IMG/VR virus record: IMGVR_UViG_3300033067_000910
Coordinates: 6,023 to 70,022 of that record
DNA length: 64,000 nucleotides
Source of the DNA: a virus
Lineage: Duplodnaviria; Caudoviricetes
Direction: 5' to 3' (one strand)
Shown here: positions 17,705-26,195 of the stretch, piece after piece
Layout of the letters: each line of letters opens with the position of its first letter
How positions within the stretch are numbered: position 1 is the stretch's first letter
The notes under the pieces: model-generated
The model's database searches: none
The model's input: only the letters and a program-made list of their open reading frames with translations
Told to the model about the DNA's origin: nothing
Made by a program: the position numbers and the translations under genes

Positions 17705-18096
17705 GGCCACACATAGGGCAGGTCCGGTGACTCGGTCCAGCCGTACCGCCCGTAAAAGGCTGGATCCTTACGCAGCAGGTTGCTGCGATGGGACGCATGG
17801 AACGCTTCATCGCCGAACCATGGGGGAAGAGGGCTACCCGGTCGGAACGTGAACTCTATCGTGTTCTTGTAGTTCCTGACGGTAGTCCACTCAAGTACGC
17901 AGTAGTACCCGTAGTTCTCCAGAGCAGCCTCGTAGCCCATCCACATCTTGCAGGCTGGGTGATTAGCCCACCCACCTCCGCCATTGCGGAGTGTGTTCAG
18001 AATTTGCTTGGCTTCTAGCCGTTGCTTCCCGAGCCGCTTGGTATCAAGAACATGCGTGCTGCGCTCAAAGTCTGCATAGGGTAAGAAAGTTTGCAT
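17701..18096 (-). CDS. pyrimidine-dimer DNA glycosylase-like protein (DenV/MSMEG_6728 family)
   Basis: MQTFLPY...LDTKRLGKQRLE..QIL...WANHPA..MW.G...PPWFGD...HASHRSNLLRKDP..Y. Confidence 0.85.
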   Translation of the reverse strand: MQTFLPYADFERSTHVLDTKRLGKQRLEAKQILNTLRNGGGGWANHPACKMWMGYEAALENYGYYCVLEWTTVRNYKNTIEFTFRPGSPLPPWFGDEAFHASHRSNLLRKDPAFYGRYGWTESPDLPYVWP

Positions 18097-18152
18097 GGCA
18101 CCCCCTTGGCGTACAGCACACGCTAGGCGTGTTCACAGGGTCTACACAAGTC

Positions 18153-18758
18153 CTACCTGTGTGCATATGCATCCTTCTTTAGCCGTATTGCAGAAACGGT
18201 ACCTTCCCGGATACCGTAACGCTCCGCTATTACCGAGCGAGACTCTTTAGACGCACGGATGGCGGCAAGGTTTTCGTCAGAGAGTTTAGTGCAACGAGCA
18301 CGCAGAGCGGCAGCTTGTTTTGCCTCAGCAGTTTTACGTGTCTCGTCAGACCAAGTTGCGCGTCCCAGTTTTCCTGAGGCATGTTGCAGCTTTGCACGTT
18401 CAGCTAATGCTTCTCGTGCGCCGGGGGTCATAAGATACGCTCGTCGAGCTTCACGTTGTTTCTTTATCGTCGCATCCGTATGCTTCCAACCTTTACAACT
18501 CTGACCGATAAGGTCGGTCTGTTTATCCGCCCATATCTGTTCTTTCTCGCGTAGCTCCTTCGTCGAACACTCTTCCAGTATTTCAAAGGTAAAGGCTTGT
18601 TCTCCGTCTCTGTTAAAAAGTTCTTGTAGTCGCACGCAGTGATGAGAATTAGAGCGTAACATCACGCGATGCCAATATCGTCTCTTGCTTATCTCTTCAC
18701 TACTGCCAACATAGACCGCACCGCTGATGTGACGGAAGGCATAGACACCGGAAGCCAT
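18153..18758 (-). CDS. GIY-YIG homing endonuclease with C-terminal HTH
   Basis: GVY...YVGSS...R...FEILEEC...E motif; SD AAGGAG before ATG 18758. Confidence 0.85.
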   Translation of the reverse strand: MASGVYAFRHISGAVYVGSSEEISKRRYWHRVMLRSNSHHCVRLQELFNRDGEQAFTFEILEECSTKELREKEQIWADKQTDLIGQSCKGWKHTDATIKKQREARRAYLMTPGAREALAERAKLQHASGKLGRATWSDETRKTAEAKQAAALRARCTKLSDENLAAIRASKESRSVIAERYGIREGTVSAIRLKKDAYAHR

Positions 18759-18771
18759 ATTTTTCTCCTTG

Positions 18772-19695
18772 TCACCACCCCCGATATAGGTTACGTGGTT
18801 TGCCTTGGCCCTGCAACACCCTACGGTACTTATCATACTCACAAAGAGTGTGCTCCACGTCGCGCATATCCCAATACGGCTTACCCCAGAAAGCAGGGTC
18901 GTAGTCATCATCCATATTGATATCATTCATAAGATGGTAGATCATACGGATACACTCTCCCGGGGGCCACGGAATAGAGACACCACGCTCGGTCACAGCA
19001 GAGTCGCCTTTGTAAAGCCTGAGCAGCCCGCGCTTGGCACCGGGGCCGGGATTGCACCATGTCATGATATCCGGAGCGCTCTCCAGCAGTGGCGTATGAT
19101 ACAGATCCGTTATCACTTCATAAGCCATGAACGGACCCATGTGCTTCTCGGCTTTTAACCGATGCCATGCCTCCTCAAGAGTGCGTTGCTTGCCGTTGAA
19201 GTAGTCTCTCCAGTGTGCTCGCTTCTTATTGATTTCATCTACGCAATGGAGGACACCCTTGAGTTTGTCCATCCCGGCTGGACTTGTGATAATATACGCT
19301 CCCGTCGTGAACGGTCCGCTACCAAGCGCAGCACGCACTCCTCGCTCGATGTCAGCGGATGTGGCCCTAGCTTCAAGATACGCCCCGCCCACGTCACCTC
19401 CAACGAGACTATCCTGTTGGTTGAAGATGACCTCACCTGTCTCGATTCGATTAAACCAGCGGAAGAGGACAGTGGCCATGAACACATGAGGTGTGGCATT
19501 GAATCTCTCTCTGACATTCTTAGCGTACCAGACAGTCGTCTTGTCCAATTCTCTAAAGACATTCGTAAACGAATACCTTTGGAGAACATGGTCATCCGTC
19601 CACGGCTTGGGCTCGCCGCGCTGGCGTGCGTGCCAGATATTATGGCGCAGCGTGGCAAAGAGCTTGAACGTTTCATAGTTCGGTGTTAGAGGCAT
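18772..19695 (-). CDS. alpha-glutamyl/putrescinyl thymine pyrophosphorylase clade 1 (aGPT-Pplase1; amino acid/amine:DNA transferase)
   Basis: WTDDHVLQRYSFTNVFRELD, GPFMAYE..TDL, GPGAKRGL, DVEHTLCEYDKY motifs. Confidence 0.85.
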   Translation of the reverse strand: MPLTPNYETFKLFATLRHNIWHARQRGEPKPWTDDHVLQRYSFTNVFRELDKTTVWYAKNVRERFNATPHVFMATVLFRWFNRIETGEVIFNQQDSLVGGDVGGAYLEARATSADIERGVRAALGSGPFTTGAYIITSPAGMDKLKGVLHCVDEINKKRAHWRDYFNGKQRTLEEAWHRLKAEKHMGPFMAYEVITDLYHTPLLESAPDIMTWCNPGPGAKRGLLRLYKGDSAVTERGVSIPWPPGECIRMIYHLMNDINMDDDYDPAFWGKPYWDMRDVEHTLCEYDKYRRVLQGQGKPRNLYRGW

Positions 19696-20114
19696 TTGTC
19701 TCTCCTGAGTTCTTCCAGGCGGGTGCGGATGTTGTCGAAATCATCAACAATCATAAGCCGTGGTTTCGGAGGTGTAGGTATCTCTGTATCAGGTGCTACC
19801 GGAGGCTGGGCTGTACCGTTCTGTAGAAATCCATGGAGAAAACTCATGCCGGGAATAGGCTGTGCATCCGACGGTCTGGTGATACCACCATCGTAGACGG
19901 GGCCGTTCGCCTCCTTGGTAAAAAGAGGGTCGTTGGGAATAGTACCCGGATGAATAGTATTTCCCTGAGAGATTTGTTCTGAAATAGACTCTCGCAACAC
20001 ACGATTCAAACCTACGTCCGCAAAGTAGATCCACCCCAAGCCTACGTCCATACCCACATTGAAAGTGAAAGACTTTGCCTTCAGGCTGCAATCAACGATC
20101 ATTGGGTTCTCCAT
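19686..20114 (-). CDS. hypothetical protein
   Basis: ORF abutting the aGPT-Pplase1 gene; start uncertain. Confidence 0.55.
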   Translation of the reverse strand: MENPMIVDCSLKAKSFTFNVGMDVGLGWIYFADVGLNRVLRESISEQISQGNTIHPGTIPNDPLFTKEANGPVYDGGITRPSDAQPIPGMSFLHGFLQNGTAQPPVAPDTEIPTPPKPRLMIVDDFDNIRTRLEELRRDKCL

Positions 20115-20171
20115 ATGATTAGGGCCTCCGGTTCGCACCGAAGGCCCTCTTCACCTGACGTCTCGCAACCG

Positions 20172-20897
20172 TCAAGCGGCCTCAGCCGTCTCGTCCTCGG
20201 CGGCCACAGCGGGGGCAGGAGACAGCGAGATGAAACCGCGCTTCACGTCCCACGCGAGGTCATCAGAGAGCTTGTCCGCACCCTCCGGGCCGAGAGCATC
20301 GACCAGCGCGGTCTTGAGCTCACCGATGGTGATGCCATCACGGTAGCACGCGAAGCGCGCGGCCGAAGCATTGCGCTTCGGGTTATTCTCACCACCGTAC
20401 TGCTTGCCTTCCTTGTCGGCCAGCAGTGTCACGACCTGCGAGTCATGATACTTGGACTTGCCACCGCGCTTCTTGGCGACGGGGGTCTCGGTCGTCTCGG
20501 CAGCTTCCTTCTTCTTCCTAGCCATCTTATTAAACTCCGGTGCTTTCGTTGTTTGCCTGTCGCTTACGATCAGGTTGCAGATTTCCTTAGGGTCTTTCGG
20601 TACGGGCTTGGCTTCACGTTGTAGCGTCTTCCATATCAGCTCGCAGTAGCTTTCCAGTAGTGGACGAGGCTTTGCGAACTCTTTATCAACATCCTCAGCC
20701 AGAGAAGTTAATCCTAATCGTCTCGCCAAATCCGATAGCTCTAATCGGTTGTAGAGACGCTCAACGTCCTTGCCTGACCCAATAATCGCATCACCATACT
20801 GAGTTAGAGGGTGCTCATCAGCAGCATCAAAAGTCTCATGCCGCCAGAGGTCTCCGCGTCCCATACGTGTGATTACGACTATCACCTCACACCCCAA
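20172..20897 (-). CDS. phage protein with basic NPKR...RF..Y...DLAWD C-terminal domain, putative DNA-binding
   Basis: Lys-rich linker, then NPKRNASAARFACYRDGITIGEL...DDLAWDVKRGFI. Confidence 0.7.
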   Translation of the reverse strand: MGCEVIVVITRMGRGDLWRHETFDAADEHPLTQYGDAIIGSGKDVERLYNRLELSDLARRLGLTSLAEDVDKEFAKPRPLLESYCELIWKTLQREAKPVPKDPKEICNLIVSDRQTTKAPEFNKMARKKKEAAETTETPVAKKRGGKSKYHDSQVVTLLADKEGKQYGGENNPKRNASAARFACYRDGITIGELKTALVDALGPEGADKLSDDLAWDVKRGFISLSPAPAVAAEDETAEAA

Positions 20898-20933
20898 CTG
20901 CTAACTCCGTCAGTATACCAAGGGTCAAGCTGA

Positions 20934-22475
20934 CTATGCAAACTCAAAATGGCGGTGCGTCTTAGGTTTTATTATCTGGAGGGTGTTGCGTGCTCGGGTC
21001 GTGGCGACATACCAAACCCGACACTCATCCTCTGGACTCTCGTGCATCTCCTGATGAGTACGCTGTGCCATATCAGTCAGGAGAACCACCTTGGACGCCT
21101 CGCCACCTTTCATCCCATGAATGGTACTCAGCCTTATGTTAGGGGCCTTGCGCAGAGCCGCTTTGTTCCGCCGCAGCACAGCCCGGACGTATTGCTTTTC
21201 GAAGTCTGTCAGCTTGTCCAAAGCCTCGAACCACGGCGGGGTACCCTCCACCATTAACCCCCCCCGGTCACGCAGAGACTGCATGTCAACAGTCTCCTCA
21301 TCGCCGTAGCCGGGGAGGGCCTTGTGGCCGTACTTGATGCGCGAGCGTGAGCCCATGGACTCGTACATCTTACGCGCATCTTGAATCGTTATGGATTCGC
21401 CACGGGTGAGCGCGGTCCAAGAAAGAATGGCCGCCACTGTGTCGGCGTGGACACTTCTGCTACCGCGATACTCGTACAGATAGCCCGAGCTTCTAATCTC
21501 TTTTTCAATCCCTCGCAGCAGAATATTGTTGCGGGCGAGTACCAAGATACTCTCGTCTGCACTGAGATCGACTTCTTCAAAGTCAGCGAGCCAGTCCACA
21601 CGTCCTTCGTCTGGTCTGGGGTTCCACACCTTTGGTCGTCTATGTCGCACTCGGCTGATAACTCCGTCGGCGACTCGTTGGATAGCTTTTGGCACTCTCC
21701 AGGATTGTTGTAATACACGAGCGTCCCCTTCCATATTGATGAGGTGCTCAACGTCAGCACCTGCCCATCTGTAAATAGCTTGATCATCGTCACCGGCTAC
21801 GATAACCCGGCGAGCTGTCGAGGCCAGCTTGTTGACTACCTTCCACTGAAGAGGACTCAGATCCTGAGCCTCGTCTACAAACAGAACATCTATTCTAGGT
21901 TGGAACCCGCGTTCGATAAAGAGAGCGAGCATGTCCGTGTAATCGAGCATATTTCTCTGCTCTTTGTACCGTCGTAAAGCAGTAGAGACTCTGTCCACCT
22001 CCCACCAAGAGAGGTCATCGTCGTATGAGTCATATTGTTTGCGAAGAGGAATGCACCGGACCCTACTGAGATTTTCCATAAATAGGATGCGGTCGCCCTT
22101 TTCGAAACCGAAGCTGCCACCTTCTTCAAGACTTATGTGCTCCGATACGGGGATACCGATGAGGTCTCCGAACTCTTTGAGGCGCTTGCCTTGGAGTACG
22201 TCTGCGGACTTAAGACCGAGGGCTCGGAAACAAAGGCTATGCAGAGTTTTGAAATAGGGAAAGTCTGACTGTTGGAGAGCAAATCGTTCAGCAGCTCGAT
22301 GAATGGCTTCTGCTGCTGCCCGTTTGGTAAAAGAGACGTAGGCAATTCGATCAGGAGGCGTTCCTCGCTCAAGCTCTTCCTCCACTAGTCCGAGAAGTGT
22401 AGTGGTTTTGCCAGTCCCAGGAGGACCGAATACGAGTTCTCGTGCCATGCCGTCCAGCTTTAGTTGGCTTCGCAC
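20934..22475 (-). CDS. superfamily 1 (UvrD/Rep-like) helicase
   Basis: GPPGTGKTT, VDEAQD, GDDDQAIY, STIHGMKGGEA, YVATTRAR. Confidence 0.9.
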   Translation of the reverse strand: MRSQLKLDGMARELVFGPPGTGKTTTLLGLVEEELERGTPPDRIAYVSFTKRAAAEAIHRAAERFALQQSDFPYFKTLHSLCFRALGLKSADVLQGKRLKEFGDLIGIPVSEHISLEEGGSFGFEKGDRILFMENLSRVRCIPLRKQYDSYDDDLSWWEVDRVSTALRRYKEQRNMLDYTDMLALFIERGFQPRIDVLFVDEAQDLSPLQWKVVNKLASTARRVIVAGDDDQAIYRWAGADVEHLINMEGDARVLQQSWRVPKAIQRVADGVISRVRHRRPKVWNPRPDEGRVDWLADFEEVDLSADESILVLARNNILLRGIEKEIRSSGYLYEYRGSRSVHADTVAAILSWTALTRGESITIQDARKMYESMGSRSRIKYGHKALPGYGDEETVDMQSLRDRGGLMVEGTPPWFEALDKLTDFEKQYVRAVLRRNKAALRKAPNIRLSTIHGMKGGEASKVVLLTDMAQRTHQEMHESPEDECRVWYVATTRARNTLQIIKPKTHRHFEFA

Positions 22476-22487
22476 CCTCTGTGCAAG

Positions 22488-22694
22488 TCAGATAAGTTCT
22501 TTCTCCTTGGCCAGCCATTCGCTGATAGTCATCGTAGCATACTTGGGATCCTCGTCGCTGATCTCCATACTAACCACCTGAGACTTAGGGATCCAAATCT
22601 CACGGTCATCGTCCTCAGTAACGAGATATGCCTTGGGCGTCTCGTACTTGATCCGCACCATGAAATCAATGTTTTTGCTGTCCACTCGGCTCAT
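22488..22694 (-). CDS. conserved small phage protein
   Basis: ETPKAYL...WIPKSQV...ISEWLAKEK family motif. Confidence 0.8.
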   Translation of the reverse strand: MSRVDSKNIDFMVRIKYETPKAYLVTEDDDREIWIPKSQVVSMEISDEDPKYATMTISEWLAKEKELI

Positions 22695-22863
22695 TTTCTC
22701 TGCTCCAACGGTCTGCTATCTCCCGCAAGGTGTGCGGCATGATGAAGTTGCTGAGGTCCGTCATGTTGATGAACCGCACCTCGTAGAACCCTTCCTTGTG
22801 AAACACAATCAGCATACGGGGGCAGTCACACGCCACATGCTCCGCGTCTTCGTCTTCATTCAT
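22666..22863 (-). CDS. hypothetical protein
   Basis: 65 aa, ATGA-coupled to primase. Confidence 0.5.
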   Translation of the reverse strand: MNEDEDAEHVACDCPRMLIVFHKEGFYEVRFINMTDLSNFIMPHTLREIADRWSRENEPSGQQKH

Positions 22864-24416
22864 ATCGGGATCTCTTGGATCTGGTGTATCTGATGGGGCT
22901 CAAGCTGAATAGAGAACAGGGTGCCGGGCACCCACCAGACATTGACCCCCTTACCATTCAGGTTAAGGAAGTCGCGACTACCACCCTCAGCCTTTATTTT
23001 CATCGAGACTTGTGGGCGGGTATATGTTTCGAACTTCTTGCGCTGTAGATGGTCCATGAAGTCTTTGAGCCTGAACCAGTACCGATTGGTCTGCTCATCG
23101 TACCAGACTTTGCCGAGAAGGATCTCTTCCCGCACTTGAGCAGAGTGCTTATCGGTGCAAAACTTCTCCATGTGCTCAAGGAACACTCCTGTCGTGCTGA
23201 TTTCTGGTGGCGCATCGATGATGTTGGCCTTGGCCATCATCCTGTTGACCTGATTAGTCCAGTCCTCTTGCTTGCACGGGGGCATAGTGATGAGGCATTG
23301 CTCAAGCGCAGCAATAGCAAAGTAACGGAAGTTGGATAGCGTGGCGCTATCACACTCTACCACGTTGCGCTTGGCGTTGTCCATGTCCAGAGTCACGAAA
23401 AACAGTTTAGGTTCTGAGTCTAGCACAGAAATGGTGCTGATGACAGCGGCTGCTGTCCCTCCACCAACACCATACTTCATACGTCTACAGGATTGCTTGT
23501 CGCAGTAACTCTTGATGGGTTCGTCACCGCACCTGTAGTGATAGTCCTTACGCTTGAGACTCGTTTTGACGGAGTGCACCTCCCCGCTATCCAGCGGCGG
23601 GTCCATGAACCTGCGGTTCCAGTCCTCTACCTTGGCTTCCCATTCCTCAGGGAACTTTTTCTTGGCCAACGTACCGAGGGCAAACAGACCACCGTTCCGA
23701 GTGCCGGGGGGAAACCCTTGCGTCGCTAGGATGCGGACGCATGGTGGTCCCTCTTCCAAATCTTCAATAGGATCGAACTGAGCTTCGCTACCGATGTCGG
23801 CGAAGTCATCGTAGTCGATAACACGTTTCTCAGCGTAGTCCAAGAACTCAGAAAGCGAGAGTTGTCGTTGATCGGAGGTGATGCAAAATCTATCGGTATT
23901 CCTAGATGCGTAGTATGGCATGTTAAGCCATGAACCAAGGTCACCTTTGTCGAATAGGACTTGGGTTTGCTTGGGAAAGATTTCGCTATCTGTCTTGCCC
24001 AGAATGAGCGCCATCTTTGATATCTTTTCCCGCATGGATGCGGCGGGAACGGCAGGCTGTACGAATAGAAAGACGTGTGCTCCACCAGATTTAGAGCGGC
24101 ACACGACAACAGGAAAATTGTTTTTCTCACAAAGACCCGCAATGTACGAATGGTTGAGACCAGCATAGTCGTCGATATCCAGACAGCCCCAGAACGAGTT
24201 ATAGTCCTCATCGATGTTCATAATACCCAAGGCACGCTCGCCATCAAGGTGTTGCTGCCACACCTCTTCTGTGATGGGTTCTCGAACTGTCTTGGCTGAC
24301 CTCTTGATCTCCTTCTTAACCGCGCCCGGTCGCGTTTCTGTCTTACCGTGCGTGCCGTGCGCCTCCATATAGCCGGCGAACAGCTTCATCATGCGCTGAG
24401 CGTCGCTCGCTGACAT
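22860..24416 (-). CDS. archaeo-eukaryotic-type primase with PriCT domain
   Basis: WGCLDIDDY, RSKSGGAHVFLF, PPCVRIL...GTRNGGLF. Confidence 0.85.
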   Translation of the reverse strand: MSASDAQRMMKLFAGYMEAHGTHGKTETRPGAVKKEIKRSAKTVREPITEEVWQQHLDGERALGIMNIDEDYNSFWGCLDIDDYAGLNHSYIAGLCEKNNFPVVVCRSKSGGAHVFLFVQPAVPAASMREKISKMALILGKTDSEIFPKQTQVLFDKGDLGSWLNMPYYASRNTDRFCITSDQRQLSLSEFLDYAEKRVIDYDDFADIGSEAQFDPIEDLEEGPPCVRILATQGFPPGTRNGGLFALGTLAKKKFPEEWEAKVEDWNRRFMDPPLDSGEVHSVKTSLKRKDYHYRCGDEPIKSYCDKQSCRRMKYGVGGGTAAAVISTISVLDSEPKLFFVTLDMDNAKRNVVECDSATLSNFRYFAIAALEQCLITMPPCKQEDWTNQVNRMMAKANIIDAPPEISTTGVFLEHMEKFCTDKHSAQVREEILLGKVWYDEQTNRYWFRLKDFMDHLQRKKFETYTRPQVSMKIKAEGGSRDFLNLNGKGVNVWWVPGTLFSIQLEPHQIHQIQEIPI

Positions 24417-24437
24417 GGTGTTTCCTCGTGGAAAGGT

Positions 24438-24464
24438 GGGCCGGTGTGGGTTTCACACCGGCCC
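24438..24464 (-). terminator. intergenic hairpin / possible terminator
   Basis: GGGCCGGTGTG-ggttt-CACACCGGCCC; short U tract on the minus strand. Confidence 0.5.
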
Positions 24465-24491
24465 CGACGACATACCGACAGGGGAGGGGGT

Positions 24492-25298
24492 TTAGATCGG
24501 AATGCCGTCGTCTTCAACCGAGGACGGAGCCGCCTCGGAATCCACCATGTCACCAGTCTTGAGCTCGCCCTTCTTCCAGGCTTCGAACAAGGTCTTGCCC
24601 GCGAGGATCTTGTCCATCTCGGTCAGAGCGCCTTGGTCCTCGAACTCGTAGTTGTACCAGTCACCCTTATCGTTCTGCGCCCACTTGGTCTTCATGAGAT
24701 AGCTGCGGCCGAAGGCCGGATAGGTGGCACCGTTCGGCAGCTTGAGGCTGTTGCGCAGCGTCATCCAGCGACGGCTGGCCTGCCAAGCGGATTTCGCCAT
24801 GGCCAAGACGCCGGGGGCCAGCGTATCGTACATGAGGACGAAGTGCATGCCGGTCTCAAGGAGCTCGTTGCCATTGGAAAGCACGAGCACATTGCGATCG
24901 TTACGCTTGCCCCGGCGGTCGATACCGCTCTCCCATTCATGGGTAGCAACCGGAGGCTTTGCTGTGCCGCCACCCTGTCGCGGCTCCCACTCAACCCAGA
25001 CAGCCTTATAGGCGCAAGGGATGATACGGACACCAGCGTTCTCGGCGTCGTACAGGGTATTGGTAGAGGTGTTGAGGATCATACCAGCCTCAGCACCGTT
25101 GATGTACGCGGGGTCCTTCTTATTGACCTGCGGGCTGTTCTTCTGAAGAACACGCAACCAAGGCAGAACGTTATCGCTCGCTGCCGTGGAGTTACCGGCC
25201 CCAGCCTCCTGCTGAAGAAGGCTCAGGACGTCATCATCGGTGGCAGTCACAAGGTCCTGCTTGCCGGATGTGACGGTAACTGCTCCAGTCTTTGCCAT
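24492..25298 (-). CDS. putative single-stranded DNA-binding/annealing protein
   Basis: LPWLRVLQKNSPQV, aromatic beta-rich core, acidic C-terminal tail (EDDGIPI). Confidence 0.7.
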   Translation of the reverse strand: MAKTGAVTVTSGKQDLVTATDDDVLSLLQQEAGAGNSTAASDNVLPWLRVLQKNSPQVNKKDPAYINGAEAGMILNTSTNTLYDAENAGVRIIPCAYKAVWVEWEPRQGGGTAKPPVATHEWESGIDRRGKRNDRNVLVLSNGNELLETGMHFVLMYDTLAPGVLAMAKSAWQASRRWMTLRNSLKLPNGATYPAFGRSYLMKTKWAQNDKGDWYNYEFEDQGALTEMDKILAGKTLFEAWKKGELKTGDMVDSEAAPSSVEDDGIPI

Positions 25299-25299
25299 A

Positions 25300-25899
25300 T
25301 TACTTCTTCCTCTTCTTAATCTTCACAATTCGTCCGATAGTCGCGCCTAGTAGATCGAGCGGCAATGCAACCCCAGCCTCAGTCTGCTCACGAACAAAGG
25401 CCGTCAAGGTGTTCCAAGGGACACCCAGCTTGGATTGCAGATCAACCTTCACCTTGTTTGCCGACACGAAAGCCGCTATGCGATCCTGCAATTTCTTGCC
25501 GAACTCATAGTCTCCCCTGTTGAGGCTGATGGTGATGGTCAATTTGATGAGACTCTCGTGGCCGTTAGCCTCGAGCCAGTCAAAAGCCTGAGCTTGTTTT
25601 TCTTCCGGGATGTTTGCATGGTAGTATGGCTCTACCACCATGTCCACTCCATGCTCGGGAAGTCCGACCTTGTCCAACCCAATCTGGTCGAAATATGTCG
25701 GGAGCTTACGCTGGACGAGCTCCTTACGCGCGTCCTTTGCTTCTTGAAGCTGTCGCTCCAGCTGAGTAATGCTATGGTCTACGAGATAGAGCTCTTCGGC
25801 TAGCTGCCGGGCCTCTGCTAGTGCGGCGTCTGCCGGGGGCGTGGCTTTGATAGCCGCAGCCTCCGCTTGGAGGAACTCGGTAAGGTCTGCCATCTGCAT
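25300..25899 (-). CDS. conserved phage replication-module protein
   Basis: Coiled-coil N-terminus; AFDWLEANGH...VPWNTLTAFVREQ motif. Confidence 0.75.
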   Translation of the reverse strand: MQMADLTEFLQAEAAAIKATPPADAALAEARQLAEELYLVDHSITQLERQLQEAKDARKELVQRKLPTYFDQIGLDKVGLPEHGVDMVVEPYYHANIPEEKQAQAFDWLEANGHESLIKLTITISLNRGDYEFGKKLQDRIAAFVSANKVKVDLQSKLGVPWNTLTAFVREQTEAGVALPLDLLGATIGRIVKIKKRKK

Positions 25900-26195
25900 G
25901 CCGTGTTGGAGTGCCGGGAGGAATGCACCCTAGGCACTGTCGCGTCCTCCCTGCAAGCACAAAAGTAGTAGTACGTATGTGGCGAGACTATTGCCAGCGG
26001 CCCACTGGCGCGGTCGCGTCTATCTGTGCCTCCGTACGTGTACGCGCATACGCAGGCAGGCATACACAGATAGATGCGGACACGCGCGCGGACACGGCGC
26101 GACCCTCTATTCTTTATTCCCCGGACAAACCCCCGCTTGTCAAGAGCCTATGACATTGCCTAGCGTAATCCCCCTACCACTTAGGAGGTACTCCT

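Noticed and set aside
19686-20897. Possibility that ORFs next to aGPT-Pplase1 are the missing 5-hmdU kinase
   Set aside because: No Walker A/P-loop motif in either ORF; an atypical kinase cannot be excluded without structure search.
24444-25319. Long opposite-strand ORFs such as 24444-25319, 28761-29684, 50378-51385, 51252-52514 and 55719-56600
   Set aside because: They are antisense shadows of well-supported genes, expected from codon bias in GC-rich DNA.
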